DNA of 64,000 bases from Terriglobia bacterium (GCA_963666975.2 CAXVYR010000004.1:2240001-2304000); one strand, 5' to 3'; positions 49,509-58,701 are shown, numbered from the stretch's first letter. The notes: generated from the letters alone by a model not told the origin. Translations and numbers: made by a program.

Positions 49509-50821
49509 TTACGGCACAATGCGGACCGAATCGCTCCCCTGGATCGCCTGGCCGGAGAAGGTCTGGCCGGTCAGGATGGCCTGGATGTCGCCGTCGCTCA
49601 GTTCCGAGGCTTCCGTCGAGACGTGGACGACCAGGTCTAAGAGACCATCATCGTTAACATCCTGGGCGGAGGCCATCGGCGTGCCCTTTCCCTTGAGCTT
49701 CACGCTAGCCCCAGCCAGCGTAACGCTCAAGGGGTCCACCGTGGTGGCGTCAAAGAAATTGGGCGCGGGCGTGCTGAGGATCGCCACCGGAACCGTGCCC
49801 CCGGATCCCAGGTTGATGCTGTTCGGATCGCTCCCCGGCTTGATGTCAATGGAAACCTGCAAGGGAGGAACTACGGCTACGCACTGCGGATCAACGAAGA
49901 AACCGCCCGAAGAAATCGCGGTCTGGGTACCGTTAGCGGGATCAACCCTTATGACGCCTCCAGGACCTCCAAAGGCGTCGCCATCTGCGACGATAATGTT
50001 GCCCGAAGCGTCTATGGCGACACCATTAGGCTGAACAAGCGGCGGCCCCGAAGTGATGACTGTCTGACCGCCGGATAATGGGTTGACCTTGATGATGCCA
50101 TTACTAGTTCCATTGAAACCCCGACTGGCCACGATGATGTTCCCGGCTGTGTCTATGGTCAAGTGAATAAGACGAATTAGGTTTCCTCCAAACGCAACGA
50201 CGGTTTGGGCGCCGGTGACCGGGTCAACCCTTATGATGGCGCCAATATCCCCACCATCAATGTGGTGTTCGGGGACACCACTATATCGCCGACCGCGTCA
50301 ATGGCGACGCCAAGGGGGTCAACGAAGAAACCGCCAGAGGAGATAAGAGTCTGGGCACCGGTGGTTGGATTGACTTTTATGACGCTGCCAGAGTTGAGCG
50401 AGGGGCCAGCGTCTGCGACGATGATGTTGCCTGCAACGTCCAACGTTACAGCCTTCGGATCAACGAAGAATCCTCCTGAAGAGATCGCCGTTTGGGAACC
50501 CGTCGTCGGGTCGACCCTTATTAGTCCCCCCCCACCCAAGGCGTTGTCGTCTGCCACGATGATCTGGCCGGCTGCATCTATCGCGCACCCCCTGGGGACA
50601 GAAAACAACCCCCCCGTTAAGTCTCCCGCCGATGAGATGACTTCTTGAACACCCGTGATCGGGTCCACCTTTATCACACCACCCCGGCCGCCAAAGGAGT
50701 TTGCGTCGACCACAATTATGTCGCCAGGTTTCAGAGTCACGGCCTGGGCTGCGGGAATGAGGATGGCCGCAGCGAACAAGGCCAGCGCAACGCGTAGCAG
50801 TTTAGGAAGAATTGATACCAT
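49509..50821 (-). pseudogene. Secreted NHL-like beta-propeller protein with C-terminal Ca-binding-like domain, split by one frameshift near 50270
   Basis: Repeats of AIDAAG.IIVAD...G.IRVDP.TG.QT.ISSGG. The alternative frame bridges both ORFs (EHHIDGGDIGAIIRVDPVTGAQ). C-terminus IDIKPGSDPNSIN...DVNDDGLLDLV. Confidence 0.75.
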
Positions 50822-50956
50822 GACTAGCTCCCTCCAGCATGATAATCCGCAACTTTTTACACGGGGAAAAATTACACTAACCCCCTATGACTGTCAACAA
50901 AAAATGTTGCTTATCGCCGGTTTGTTGCTCAAAGACCACAACGTATGCTTCGGTGG

Positions 50957-51172
50957 ATGGCCGAGGACATTCGCATTCGATTTGGAATCAGGCTGCGGAA
51001 GCTCCGTCTCAAACGGGGCTGGACTCAAGTGCAGATGGCAGAAAGGCTTGGCTTAGATCAGAGTTATCTTGCGGATGTCGAGCGGGGTAAGCGGAACATC
51101 TCCATTTTGAACTTGGAAGTGATTGCCAACGGATTCGGTATTTCGATTTCCCAATTGTTTTCCCGTCTTTAG
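50957..51172 (+). CDS. XRE-family HTH regulator (controller/C-protein-like)
   Basis: FG.RLRKLR...TQ..MAERLGL..SY.ADVERGKRNIS..NL..IA. Confidence 0.88.
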   Translation: MAEDIRIRFGIRLRKLRLKRGWTQVQMAERLGLDQSYLADVERGKRNISILNLEVIANGFGISISQLFSRL

Positions 51173-51244
51173 ACCCACGGCAAAAAAACGCTCGCCATCG
51201 CTACCGGAATTGTAACCGCTTGCTCAGGCGCGTGGCTCTGATGG

Positions 51245-52237
51245 TTATCCCAACGCTTCCAGAATTGTCTGCTCCAGCATGTTCTGAGCGATGTCCACCT
51301 TGTAGGCGTTCATGCTCATCGGGCGGGCGACGGTGCGGATGACGGCGGCGGCCTGCTGGATGCTGCTCTTGATGTTCTTGCCTTTGAGCTGGTTCTCGAC
51401 GACGGTGGCGCGGTAGGGGACCGGCGCTACGCCGCCGAGCACGATGCGGCCATCGGTCCATGTGCCGTTGCTTTCGGTGAAAGCGGCGGCGACGGAGACA
51501 ACGGCAAAGTCATAAACCTGGCGGTTCTTGAGCTTTGCCCAGGCCTGTTTGGCGCCCTGCGCCGGAGTGGGGATGAAGACCTCGGTCATCAGCTCGTTCG
51601 GCTGGAGGACGTTTTCGCGCAGAATATCCTCGCCCGGACTGATGAAGTAGTCGTCGAACGGGATCGTCCGCTCGCCATTCGGTCCGGCGATTTTTGCCTG
51701 GGCGTTGAGGGCCAGCAGCGCGTGGGCCGTGTCAGAAGGATGAACGATGTAGCACTGCTCACCGCCAATGATGGCGTGATAGCGATTGTCGCCGGTCACG
51801 GAAAAGCAGACGTCGCCGCCCTTTTTGTAGCAGTCGAAGTCCGTGCCCCGGAAGAACCAGCAGCGCGGGCGCTGGTTGATGTTGCCGCCCAGCGTCCCGT
51901 AATTGCGGATCAACTGCGACGCCACGCTGCGCGCGGACTGGGTGAGCAGCGGGAAGCGCTCGGTCAACTCTTTCGACTCGACAATTTCGCTCAGGGTGGC
52001 GAGAGCCCCGATGGTGGCTCCGCTGTTGTCGACCTTGACGCCGCGGAGTTGGGGAATGGTGGTCAGATCGACCAGCGCGTCGGGCAAGGGCATGCCTTTG
52101 CCCTGAACCCAGTCTTTCATCACCCCGGCGACGAGGTCGCTGCCGCCCGCCAGAGCCTTGGCCTTGGTTCCGAACTTGGTCAGGACGCCGACGGCTTCCT
52201 GAACGCTTTTGGGCTCGTATAGTTGGAAACTTTTCAT
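51245..52237 (-). CDS. Xanthine-dehydrogenase-family FAD-binding subunit (PaoB/YagS-like, with 4Fe-4S insert)
   Basis: LAGGSDL, ASQLIRN.GT.GGN and QRPRCWFFR...CYKKGG..C...C.IVHPSD. Confidence 0.93.
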   Translation of the reverse strand: MKSFQLYEPKSVQEAVGVLTKFGTKAKALAGGSDLVAGVMKDWVQGKGMPLPDALVDLTTIPQLRGVKVDNSGATIGALATLSEIVESKELTERFPLLTQSARSVASQLIRNYGTLGGNINQRPRCWFFRGTDFDCYKKGGDVCFSVTGDNRYHAIIGGEQCYIVHPSDTAHALLALNAQAKIAGPNGERTIPFDDYFISPGEDILRENVLQPNELMTEVFIPTPAQGAKQAWAKLKNRQVYDFAVVSVAAAFTESNGTWTDGRIVLGGVAPVPYRATVVENQLKGKNIKSSIQQAAAVIRTVARPMSMNAYKVDIAQNMLEQTILEALG

Positions 52238-52243
52238 CTTTAC

Positions 52244-54733
52244 TTACCTCACATTCCTGAGCGCTGCCAGCAATTTCTCGCGTGTAAGCGGCATTCTCTC
52301 CATCCATACGTCTACCGCGTTGTGTACGGCTGCCGCGACTGTAGGCGCGGGGGGAGACATCGGCGGCTCGCCGATTCCGTGAGCGCCGAAAACTCCATAC
52401 GCCTTGGGCCGCTCGATGAGGATGACATCGATCTCCTCGGGGACGTCCTGGATGCTCAGCGGGCGGTAGTCGAGCAGGTTCGGATTGAGCGGCAGGCCCG
52501 TCCCCGCATCGTGCAGCAACTCTTCGGTGAGGGTGGCGCCCAGGGCCATGACCACGCCGCCCTCGATCTGCTGTTCCAGCGCGAACGGATTGATCGCCCG
52601 GCCGACGTCGTGTGCCGCCACGAACTTCGTGACCGTGACGGTGCCGGTTCTGGTGTCGACCTCAACCTCGGCGGCGTGTGACGCCCAGGCCGTTCGCCGC
52701 CAGTCGTTGTCTTGCCTGTAGATCGCCCGTCCGAGGATCGGGAGGCCGTAGGCCCGCACGGTCGTCTCCAGGGTGTATTTGTTGGAGGGGTCGGCCTTCA
52801 CGAAAACATCGCCATTTTTGATATCCAGCTCTTCCGGCGTCACCTGAAACTGCTCGTTTCTCCGCTCGGCATCGTCCGCGAACTTCTGGGCGGCAAACTT
52901 CAGAATCTGGAGCTTGGCATCGACGGCAGCTTCGTACATGCCGCGTCCGCCGGTGTTGGTTTGCCGGCTCCCGGAGGTGCTGGCCGTGTCGGTGGTATTG
53001 TCGGTGTCCACATAGGGGGTGATACTCACCGCATGCAGAGGCACGCCCAGCGCTTCCGCCGCAATCATCGCCATTTGCGTCCGTTGGCCCGGGCCGATCT
53101 CCGTGCTTCCCGAAACGCATTGCACGCTCCCGTCCCGGTTCACAATCACCTGCCCGGTTGCCGGGTTAGAGCCGCCGCCGTGGCTGCATGCGTGAGCGGC
53201 CAGGCCGATCCCGTGGAAAACCCCCGGTCGTATCTCCCTCGCCCGCGGCGCGTGCCACTTCTGCTTCCATCCGATGCGGTCGGCTGCGGCGTGGATGCAA
53301 TCCCGAATGCCCGGGTTGCTGAACGGCCTTCCGGTTTCCGGGTTGCCCTCCTCGTTGAGGTTCATCAGCCGGAATTCGACGGGATCCATCCCGATGGCGT
53401 AAGCCGCCTTCTCCATCATCATCTCCAGGGCGAAGGTGCCGTTCGGATGGCTCACGCAGCGGTAGGCCCCGGACTTGTAGCTGTTGGTGAAGACGTCGGT
53501 AGCCTCCAGCTTCAAGTTCGGGATCTTGTATAGGTTCTGCATGTTGAACCAGGCGCCGTTGGCCCCGCCCGCTCGATGCGCGCCGACGTTGGCGTAGACG
53601 CGAAAATGGCCGAACTGAAGCTTGCCGTCGCGGTTGACGCCCAGCTTCATCTCGTTGCGAAACTCGGGCCGGTGAGTGCGCGTGACGAAGTCTTCCTCGC
53701 GCGTGTACATCGTCTTGACCGGACGCCCGGTGATCTTGGCCAGGATGGCCGCGTGCACCTCCGGCAAATCAATGCCGCTGCGGTAGCCGTACCCTGACCC
53801 CATGTAGCCGGTCTGGATGACCCGAATGTGGTTCGCCGGGATCTTCAGGGCCTGGGAAAAACGGGCCCGGCTGCCGTGCGCGTGCTGGTTGGTGTAGTAC
53901 ACGATCAGGCGGTCCTGGTCCCAGTACATCAGCGAGTTGGTCAGCTCCAGCGCCACATGCTGCTCGGTGGATTTCGTCAGCACCGCGTCGATGGTGGTGT
54001 CGGCGCGCGCCGTATCCGGGTTGCCCCGGACCAGCGGCGGCGTCACGTTGACGATGGTCCCGTTTTCCTTGTTGTCCCACTGCTTGAGCGCGGAGGGCCG
54101 TATGCCCTCCATCATGTCCAGCATGGCGGGCAGCCGCTCGTACTCCACCTCGATCAAGTGGGCCGCATGATCGGCGATGTGCTCGCTTTCGGCCGCGACG
54201 ACGGCGATGGGCGATCCAACCTCAAAGACCTCTTCGTTGAACAGCAAGCGGTCGGGCGGGCCGCTGCCCAGTTTGACGTCGCGGTACTCTACCGGCAGGT
54301 TGCCGCGATGCAGCACGGCCACCACGCCGGCCAGTTTCTCGGCCTTGCTGGTGTCGACTTTTGTGATCTTGGCATGGGGATACGGGCTGCGCAGAGTTCG
54401 TGTATGGAGCATCCCCGGCATGCGCATGTTCTGGGTGAATTTGCCGAGGCTCGTGACGACCCCCAGGCCGTGCAGGCGGGGGACTCGTTTGCCGATCACA
54501 TGGAACTGTTCGGCCGGCGCGGGGGCCGCCGTTGCTGACTGGACTGCCCGGGGAGCGGCCATTCCCAGCTTCGCCGCGTAGAGATCCATTACAGGGGCAG
54601 CCATCTCCTCGAATTCACCGACCACTTCGTCCCATGCCGGGTCATCGGCCAGCGCGTGCCACTGAGCGTCGGTCAGTCTGGCTGCATACGCTGGGTCTTG
54701 AACGACGCGCAGGGCATCGACTTTGAGAGCCAT
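52244..54733 (-). CDS. Xanthine-dehydrogenase-family molybdopterin-binding subunit with AYRC active-site loop
   Basis: LRSPYPHAKI, GSGYGYR, GAYRCVSHP, TEIGPG, TSGSR, DVGRAINP...QIEGG and GIGEPP. Confidence 0.93.
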   Translation of the reverse strand: MALKVDALRVVQDPAYAARLTDAQWHALADDPAWDEVVGEFEEMAAPVMDLYAAKLGMAAPRAVQSATAAPAPAEQFHVIGKRVPRLHGLGVVTSLGKFTQNMRMPGMLHTRTLRSPYPHAKITKVDTSKAEKLAGVVAVLHRGNLPVEYRDVKLGSGPPDRLLFNEEVFEVGSPIAVVAAESEHIADHAAHLIEVEYERLPAMLDMMEGIRPSALKQWDNKENGTIVNVTPPLVRGNPDTARADTTIDAVLTKSTEQHVALELTNSLMYWDQDRLIVYYTNQHAHGSRARFSQALKIPANHIRVIQTGYMGSGYGYRSGIDLPEVHAAILAKITGRPVKTMYTREEDFVTRTHRPEFRNEMKLGVNRDGKLQFGHFRVYANVGAHRAGGANGAWFNMQNLYKIPNLKLEATDVFTNSYKSGAYRCVSHPNGTFALEMMMEKAAYAIGMDPVEFRLMNLNEEGNPETGRPFSNPGIRDCIHAAADRIGWKQKWHAPRAREIRPGVFHGIGLAAHACSHGGGSNPATGQVIVNRDGSVQCVSGSTEIGPGQRTQMAMIAAEALGVPLHAVSITPYVDTDNTTDTASTSGSRQTNTGGRGMYEAAVDAKLQILKFAAQKFADDAERRNEQFQVTPEELDIKNGDVFVKADPSNKYTLETTVRAYGLPILGRAIYRQDNDWRRTAWASHAAEVEVDTRTGTVTVTKFVAAHDVGRAINPFALEQQIEGGVVMALGATLTEELLHDAGTGLPLNPNLLDYRPLSIQDVPEEIDVILIERPKAYGVFGAHGIGEPPMSPPAPTVAAAVHNAVDVWMERMPLTREKLLAALRNVR

Positions 54734-54757
54734 CTCGTACCTCCTCCTTTACCCTTA

Positions 54758-55744
54758 CTACGGCCTGACAGGGTGGCCCAATTCAGCAATGGCCCGCCGC
54801 ACAGCGGCTTCGTCGAGCCTGGCGGGGTCCCAAACGGGCGTGATCGTGCGCTCCGTGCCGGAAACATCCACGATACCGGGCATCTGCTGCAATTCCAGGG
54901 ACAGATCGTCGTACACCTCGATCGTTCCCAGCGGATCCACAAACTCAAACTGCATGGAGACAGCGCCCTCCACGGGGCCAGCCGAAGCGGCTGCCTGTTC
55001 GGCGTAGATCAGCGGCGCTGAGTAGCTGACTTGCTCGCCCCTCATCTCTGCGGCGGCCTTCTTCACCGAAGTGAGTATCTTGGGGTACTCGCCGCAGCGG
55101 CAGATGTTGCCGTCCAGCGCCTCTTTGATCTCGGCGTTCGTGGGGTTCTGGTTGGCCTGCAACAGGGCGTAAGCAGACATCACGAAGCCGCGAGTGCAGA
55201 TGCCGCACTGGAAACCGCCCTCGAGCCAGAAGGCGCGCTGCACGGGATGCAGCCCCCGGAAACCCGGCCCATTGGAGATGCCGGCCACGGTCTGTATCTT
55301 TTGCCCTCGGCCATTCCGTGCGGTCAGCACGGAGCACCCGGTAACCGCTCTGCCGTCCACCAGCACGGTGCAAGCGCCGCACTGCGCGCGGTCACAGCCG
55401 AGGTTGGAGTTCGAGAGCCCCAGCTTGTAGTTCATCGTCTCCCACAGGCTCTCGCGAACATCCACGGTGACGTCGTGCTTCTTGCCGTCGATCTCCAATG
55501 AGACATGGCGCATCGTCACGGGATCGGCGGCGGCTGTTTGAGCCGCCTGCGGAGCGGCCACTGCGGGCTGCACCAGGTTGGCAGCGAAGCCCGTGCCGGC
55601 CATGACGCCGACCGCGACGGCTCCGGTATTGCCCTGGATCAGAAAGTCCCGCCGCGTGATCACCCGTCTGGGTTCTTGGGGTGCGCCCGAACCGGGTTCG
55701 GCCTGGGGAAACTGCTTGTCTTTTGCCATTTCGTCTGCTGCCAT
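54758..55744 (-). CDS. Xanthine-dehydrogenase-family 2x[2Fe-2S] subunit with Tat signal and C-terminal HMA-like domain
   Basis: ITRRDFL twin-arginine motif, GCDRAQCGACTV...C, QCGICTRG and GNICRCG, plus about 65 extra C-terminal residues. Confidence 0.92.
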   Translation of the reverse strand: MAADEMAKDKQFPQAEPGSGAPQEPRRVITRRDFLIQGNTGAVAVGVMAGTGFAANLVQPAVAAPQAAQTAAADPVTMRHVSLEIDGKKHDVTVDVRESLWETMNYKLGLSNSNLGCDRAQCGACTVLVDGRAVTGCSVLTARNGRGQKIQTVAGISNGPGFRGLHPVQRAFWLEGGFQCGICTRGFVMSAYALLQANQNPTNAEIKEALDGNICRCGEYPKILTSVKKAAAEMRGEQVSYSAPLIYAEQAAASAGPVEGAVSMQFEFVDPLGTIEVYDDLSLELQQMPGIVDVSGTERTITPVWDPARLDEAAVRRAIAELGHPVRP

Positions 55745-56218
55745 TGGAAACTCCCTATTCCGGAACTGGAAGCCAAGCGGGCCTTACGCCCGCGCGGAAA
55801 GCGGGTGCGCTGCGATACCATTCAGCGCGGTCCCTTCAACGGAAATTTGCGATTTCAACGCGTGCTCAGTAAAGATTCTATGCCAGCTCCCCGGTGGATT
55901 CAAGCTCGGATCACCGTGGTCTTTTCCGGATGAGATCACAGCTCACAAGCAAGATGAGCGCACAGGGAAGCTGTCCCGTTTTTGCTCCCGCCTAATTGAT
56001 TTTGTTGCAGAAAGATTACGCGAGAGAGGGGGGCAAATCAACTGACCCACTACCCAGGCAGTTGGGAAGTTGGGAATTTACAAGAAGATACTGCCGTCGC
56101 CAAAAGAGGGCATAGCGGTCTGAGATTAGGTGGGCAGGGCGGCGGGGATTGTTTTGTTGATTTAAGGAATGGTTAAAACGGAAATTCCCGCTAAAGGGGA
56201 AAAGGCTAAAAGAAAAAA

Positions 56219-56446
56219 GTGGGCGGTTCTGGCCTCGGTGCTGCCTCGCAGGCTTTTAGGACATCACGTCCCAGTGCTCAGCTATTCTTGCTCCTGAGCT
56301 TGTTGTTATCGCCTCGGTTGCTGTCAACCCTTCTCTGTGGCATCTCAGTCGCCGAACCGAGCAGCATCCTTACTACTATATTGCGGACTAGCTTCTCGGG
56401 CCAGAAGGGCACAGACGGTCAGTTACCGGGGTCCTTAGCCGCCCAC
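56219..56446. ncRNA. Candidate structured non-coding RNA or element (nested stems), identity unknown
   Basis: Nested complementary pairs GTGGGCGG/CCGCCCAC, TTCTGGCC/GGCCAGAA and TGCTGC/GCAGCA, plus inner hairpins; no convincing ORF. Confidence 0.45.
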
Positions 56447-56811
56447 CCTTGAATAGTCAGGTGGTATAGAAGACCTCCTTCCTGACCTTGCGTATTGCTC
56501 AGGCGGTGTTGCACAGCCGCGATTTCTATTGCGGCTCTGGAAGCCAGCCTGAGAACAGCCTCCAGTTTTGATTTTCTCTCAGACGGGAGCAGAACACAAT
56601 CATGGAAAGGAGGGAGGTGAGCAAGAAAACACCACCATTTTTGGCCTTAGAAATCACCAAGCTTTAGAAATCCAGACCGTAGAGATTCCAAAGAAGAAGC
56701 GTTGGCTGAACTATCCCCTCATGGTGTGCAGTTTGGGAGGTTAGGTTATTCCTTTATTTGGGCAAGGCCCAGGCCGCCTGATCCTCACGTTGTAACTACT
56801 GGATCAATCCG

Positions 56812-58701
56812 TCAGTGGACGCTTTCATGAACCACCTCTCGTAGCAGACGCACCAGCGCCTTGTCCTCGTGACCGATGTGTTTGACGATCTCTTCCGCTC
56901 TGGGAGAAAGTCGCCGGTAGCCCCAGCGTGATCGTCGTTTGGTCTCGCTCCAGCCTTCACGCTGATAATAAAGCGGCAGGTTGACATCGAAATAGGAAAT
57001 ACTGTCTGCGTCCTTGAGCAGATCGGAATCTGGATCGCCGCCCACCTCATGGGCTTCCACTAAACGGCAGGCCTCGTACACAATATCCCGCGCCACACCA
57101 CAGACGGTCAGTATCGGGCGCAGTATTTCCGCGCTGTTTCGGGAATGGGCTGCCTTAAAGGCGTCGTAATCCTCGAAGTCCTCTCGCCTGACCTTGCTTT
57201 CCTCGATTGCCCGGTCGATGTCATGGGCCAGCGCCGCCAGTTGCAGGGCATCGCCGGCATCCGGTTGCAGGCGCAACAACCACTCCAGGGTGTTGTCGGC
57301 GTGACGTGAATCCTCCGGCACCTGTGAGTTCACAATGACCAGCCGGATTTTCTGCTTGGCGCGTTCGATGTTAGTCGGTACACTCGCAACCCAAATCCGG
57401 CGCAAGGTCTCAATATTCATCACCAGGGCGATGACCACCAGCCCCGGCAGTATCAGATTCGTCGCTGCACACAGAAAGATGAGAAACACGCGCACATCTC
57501 GTCCCATCCGCAACCCGGCCCGGCCCCCGGCTTTGATGCGCTGGCGCATCACGTGGTCGTACTTGTCGGCCGTGTAACTCAGCATGAACGAGCCGATTAT
57601 GGCCATGAAACCAGTGAAGAGAATCCAGCCGTTGGCTTCTACCGCCAGCAGGTGCCAGGTCAAGCCGAACAGCAGGAAGGCATCGGCATAGCGGTCCAGC
57701 ACTGCATCGAACCAGCCGCCGAAGTCGCTGCGTTGGTACTTCAGCCTGGCCACTTCGCCGTCGCAACCATCGATGATGGAGGCGAACTGTGCCAGAACGC
57801 CGCCCAGGAGCAGAGCGGGATATCCACCCAGAGCAAACAGTCCTGCGGCCAGCAGGGAGCCCAGAAACGAGAACAGGGAAATTTGATTGGGGGTGATATT
57901 CAGTTGAGCCAGACGGCGGGAAAAAAACATGGAGATGGAGCGGTTGAAGTAACGGGACACCGGCCCGTCGGTTGGCTTGTCCCGGAGACGCTCCAGCAGG
58001 GCCTTCTCCGCCCTCTGGATGGCCTCGGGATCGTCCACATCGATCCAGAAACCGCTTACAGGGATCGCTTTGGCGCGTCCATCTGCGGCCAAGATCCGGA
58101 TCGCCCCGGTCAGTGTCGTATCGCCGTCTTTTTCTATGCTCTGTTCCAGTGCCCTAAAGATTTCGGAAGAGCAGAGGAAAATGCCGGTATCGAACCCGTT
58201 GAAATCGGTTATTCCTTTGCCGATATCACAGATCTTCCCGTCTTCCACCTTAACGCGGGTCACATCATCCAAGTCGACGAGGGAGTTGCGAATATCGCCA
58301 TCCACTCCGAGCGCTATCTCCCCCTCCAACAGGGAATGGGACGTCAATGCGCGGGCCAGATTCGGATCAAAGAGGTGATCCGCCATGAGCAGCAAAAACG
58401 GTTCTTGCAAGACCTCCCGCGCCTTGAGTATCGAAAGGCCATTTCCTTTCTCCCAATCGTCATTCACCAGCGGGGTGATCCGAACCGCAAGACGTTCCGC
58501 CAACCGCTCCAGAAAATCGCGGACCTGGTCGCCCCGGTAGCCTGTCACAACATAAAACTGATCCGCCCCGGCTTCCATGGCGGAGCGGATGACGCGTTCG
58601 ATCAGGGGAATGCCCAGCAGGGGGACCAGGGGCTTGCTGTCACCCTTCTGCCGCAGTCGGCTGCCATTGCCCGCCGCGATGATCAGACACTTTATCCCCA
58701 T
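56812..58701 (-). CDS. Three-domain protein: sugar-phosphate nucleotidyltransferase + CDP-alcohol phosphotransferase (IPCT/DIPPS-like) + HD/DUF4202-like domain
   Basis: IIAAGNGSRL...KPL, MADH, DTG.F and WIDVDD; then DGPVSRYFNR, TPNQI and DGCDGEVAR...GGWFD..LDRY.D; then RH...AHDIDR...H...AHE...DADS. Confidence 0.88.
   Translation of the reverse strand: MGIKCLIIAAGNGSRLRQKGDSKPLVPLLGIPLIERVIRSAMEAGADQFYVVTGYRGDQVRDFLERLAERLAVRITPLVNDDWEKGNGLSILKAREVLQEPFLLLMADHLFDPNLARALTSHSLLEGEIALGVDGDIRNSLVDLDDVTRVKVEDGKICDIGKGITDFNGFDTGIFLCSSEIFRALEQSIEKDGDTTLTGAIRILAADGRAKAIPVSGFWIDVDDPEAIQRAEKALLERLRDKPTDGPVSRYFNRSISMFFSRRLAQLNITPNQISLFSFLGSLLAAGLFALGGYPALLLGGVLAQFASIIDGCDGEVARLKYQRSDFGGWFDAVLDRYADAFLLFGLTWHLLAVEANGWILFTGFMAIIGSFMLSYTADKYDHVMRQRIKAGGRAGLRMGRDVRVFLIFLCAATNLILPGLVVIALVMNIETLRRIWVASVPTNIERAKQKIRLVIVNSQVPEDSRHADNTLEWLLRLQPDAGDALQLAALAHDIDRAIEESKVRREDFEDYDAFKAAHSRNSAEILRPILTVCGVARDIVYEACRLVEAHEVGGDPDSDLLKDADSISYFDVNLPLYYQREGWSETKRRSRWGYRRLSPRAEEIVKHIGHEDKALVRLLREVVHESVH

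Larger units (their letters stand above)
48567..51204 (-). repeat. Family of GTAG/GCAG-headed REP-like hairpins at 48618-48655, 48813-48848, 49454-49494 and 51171-51204
   Basis: Plus-strand consensus AGCCCACGGCGA-(A-rich)-CGCTCGCCGTGGCTAC; on the minus strand G(T/C)AG precedes a palindrome. Some copies occur as inverted doublets. Confidence 0.7.

Noticed and set aside
49048-50648. Plus-strand ORFs of 328 aa and 147 aa
   Set aside because: Antisense to the propeller and DUF4160/2442 genes.
48567-51204. Integron attC array or CRISPR
   Set aside because: No RYYYAAC/GTTRRRY cores, no intI or cas genes, and spacing is irregular and gene-sized; the repeats fit REPs better.
52244-54733. Calling the Mo subunit a true form I CO dehydrogenase (coxL)
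   Set aside because: The motif is AYRCVSHP, not AYRCSFR; gene order, the Tat signal and the FAD-subunit 4Fe-4S insert are Pao-like; no cox accessory genes are present.
56219-56446. RNase P RNA, tmRNA or group II intron
   Set aside because: No GAGGAAAGTCC P4 motif, no tRNA-like ends or tag frame, and no domain V consensus.
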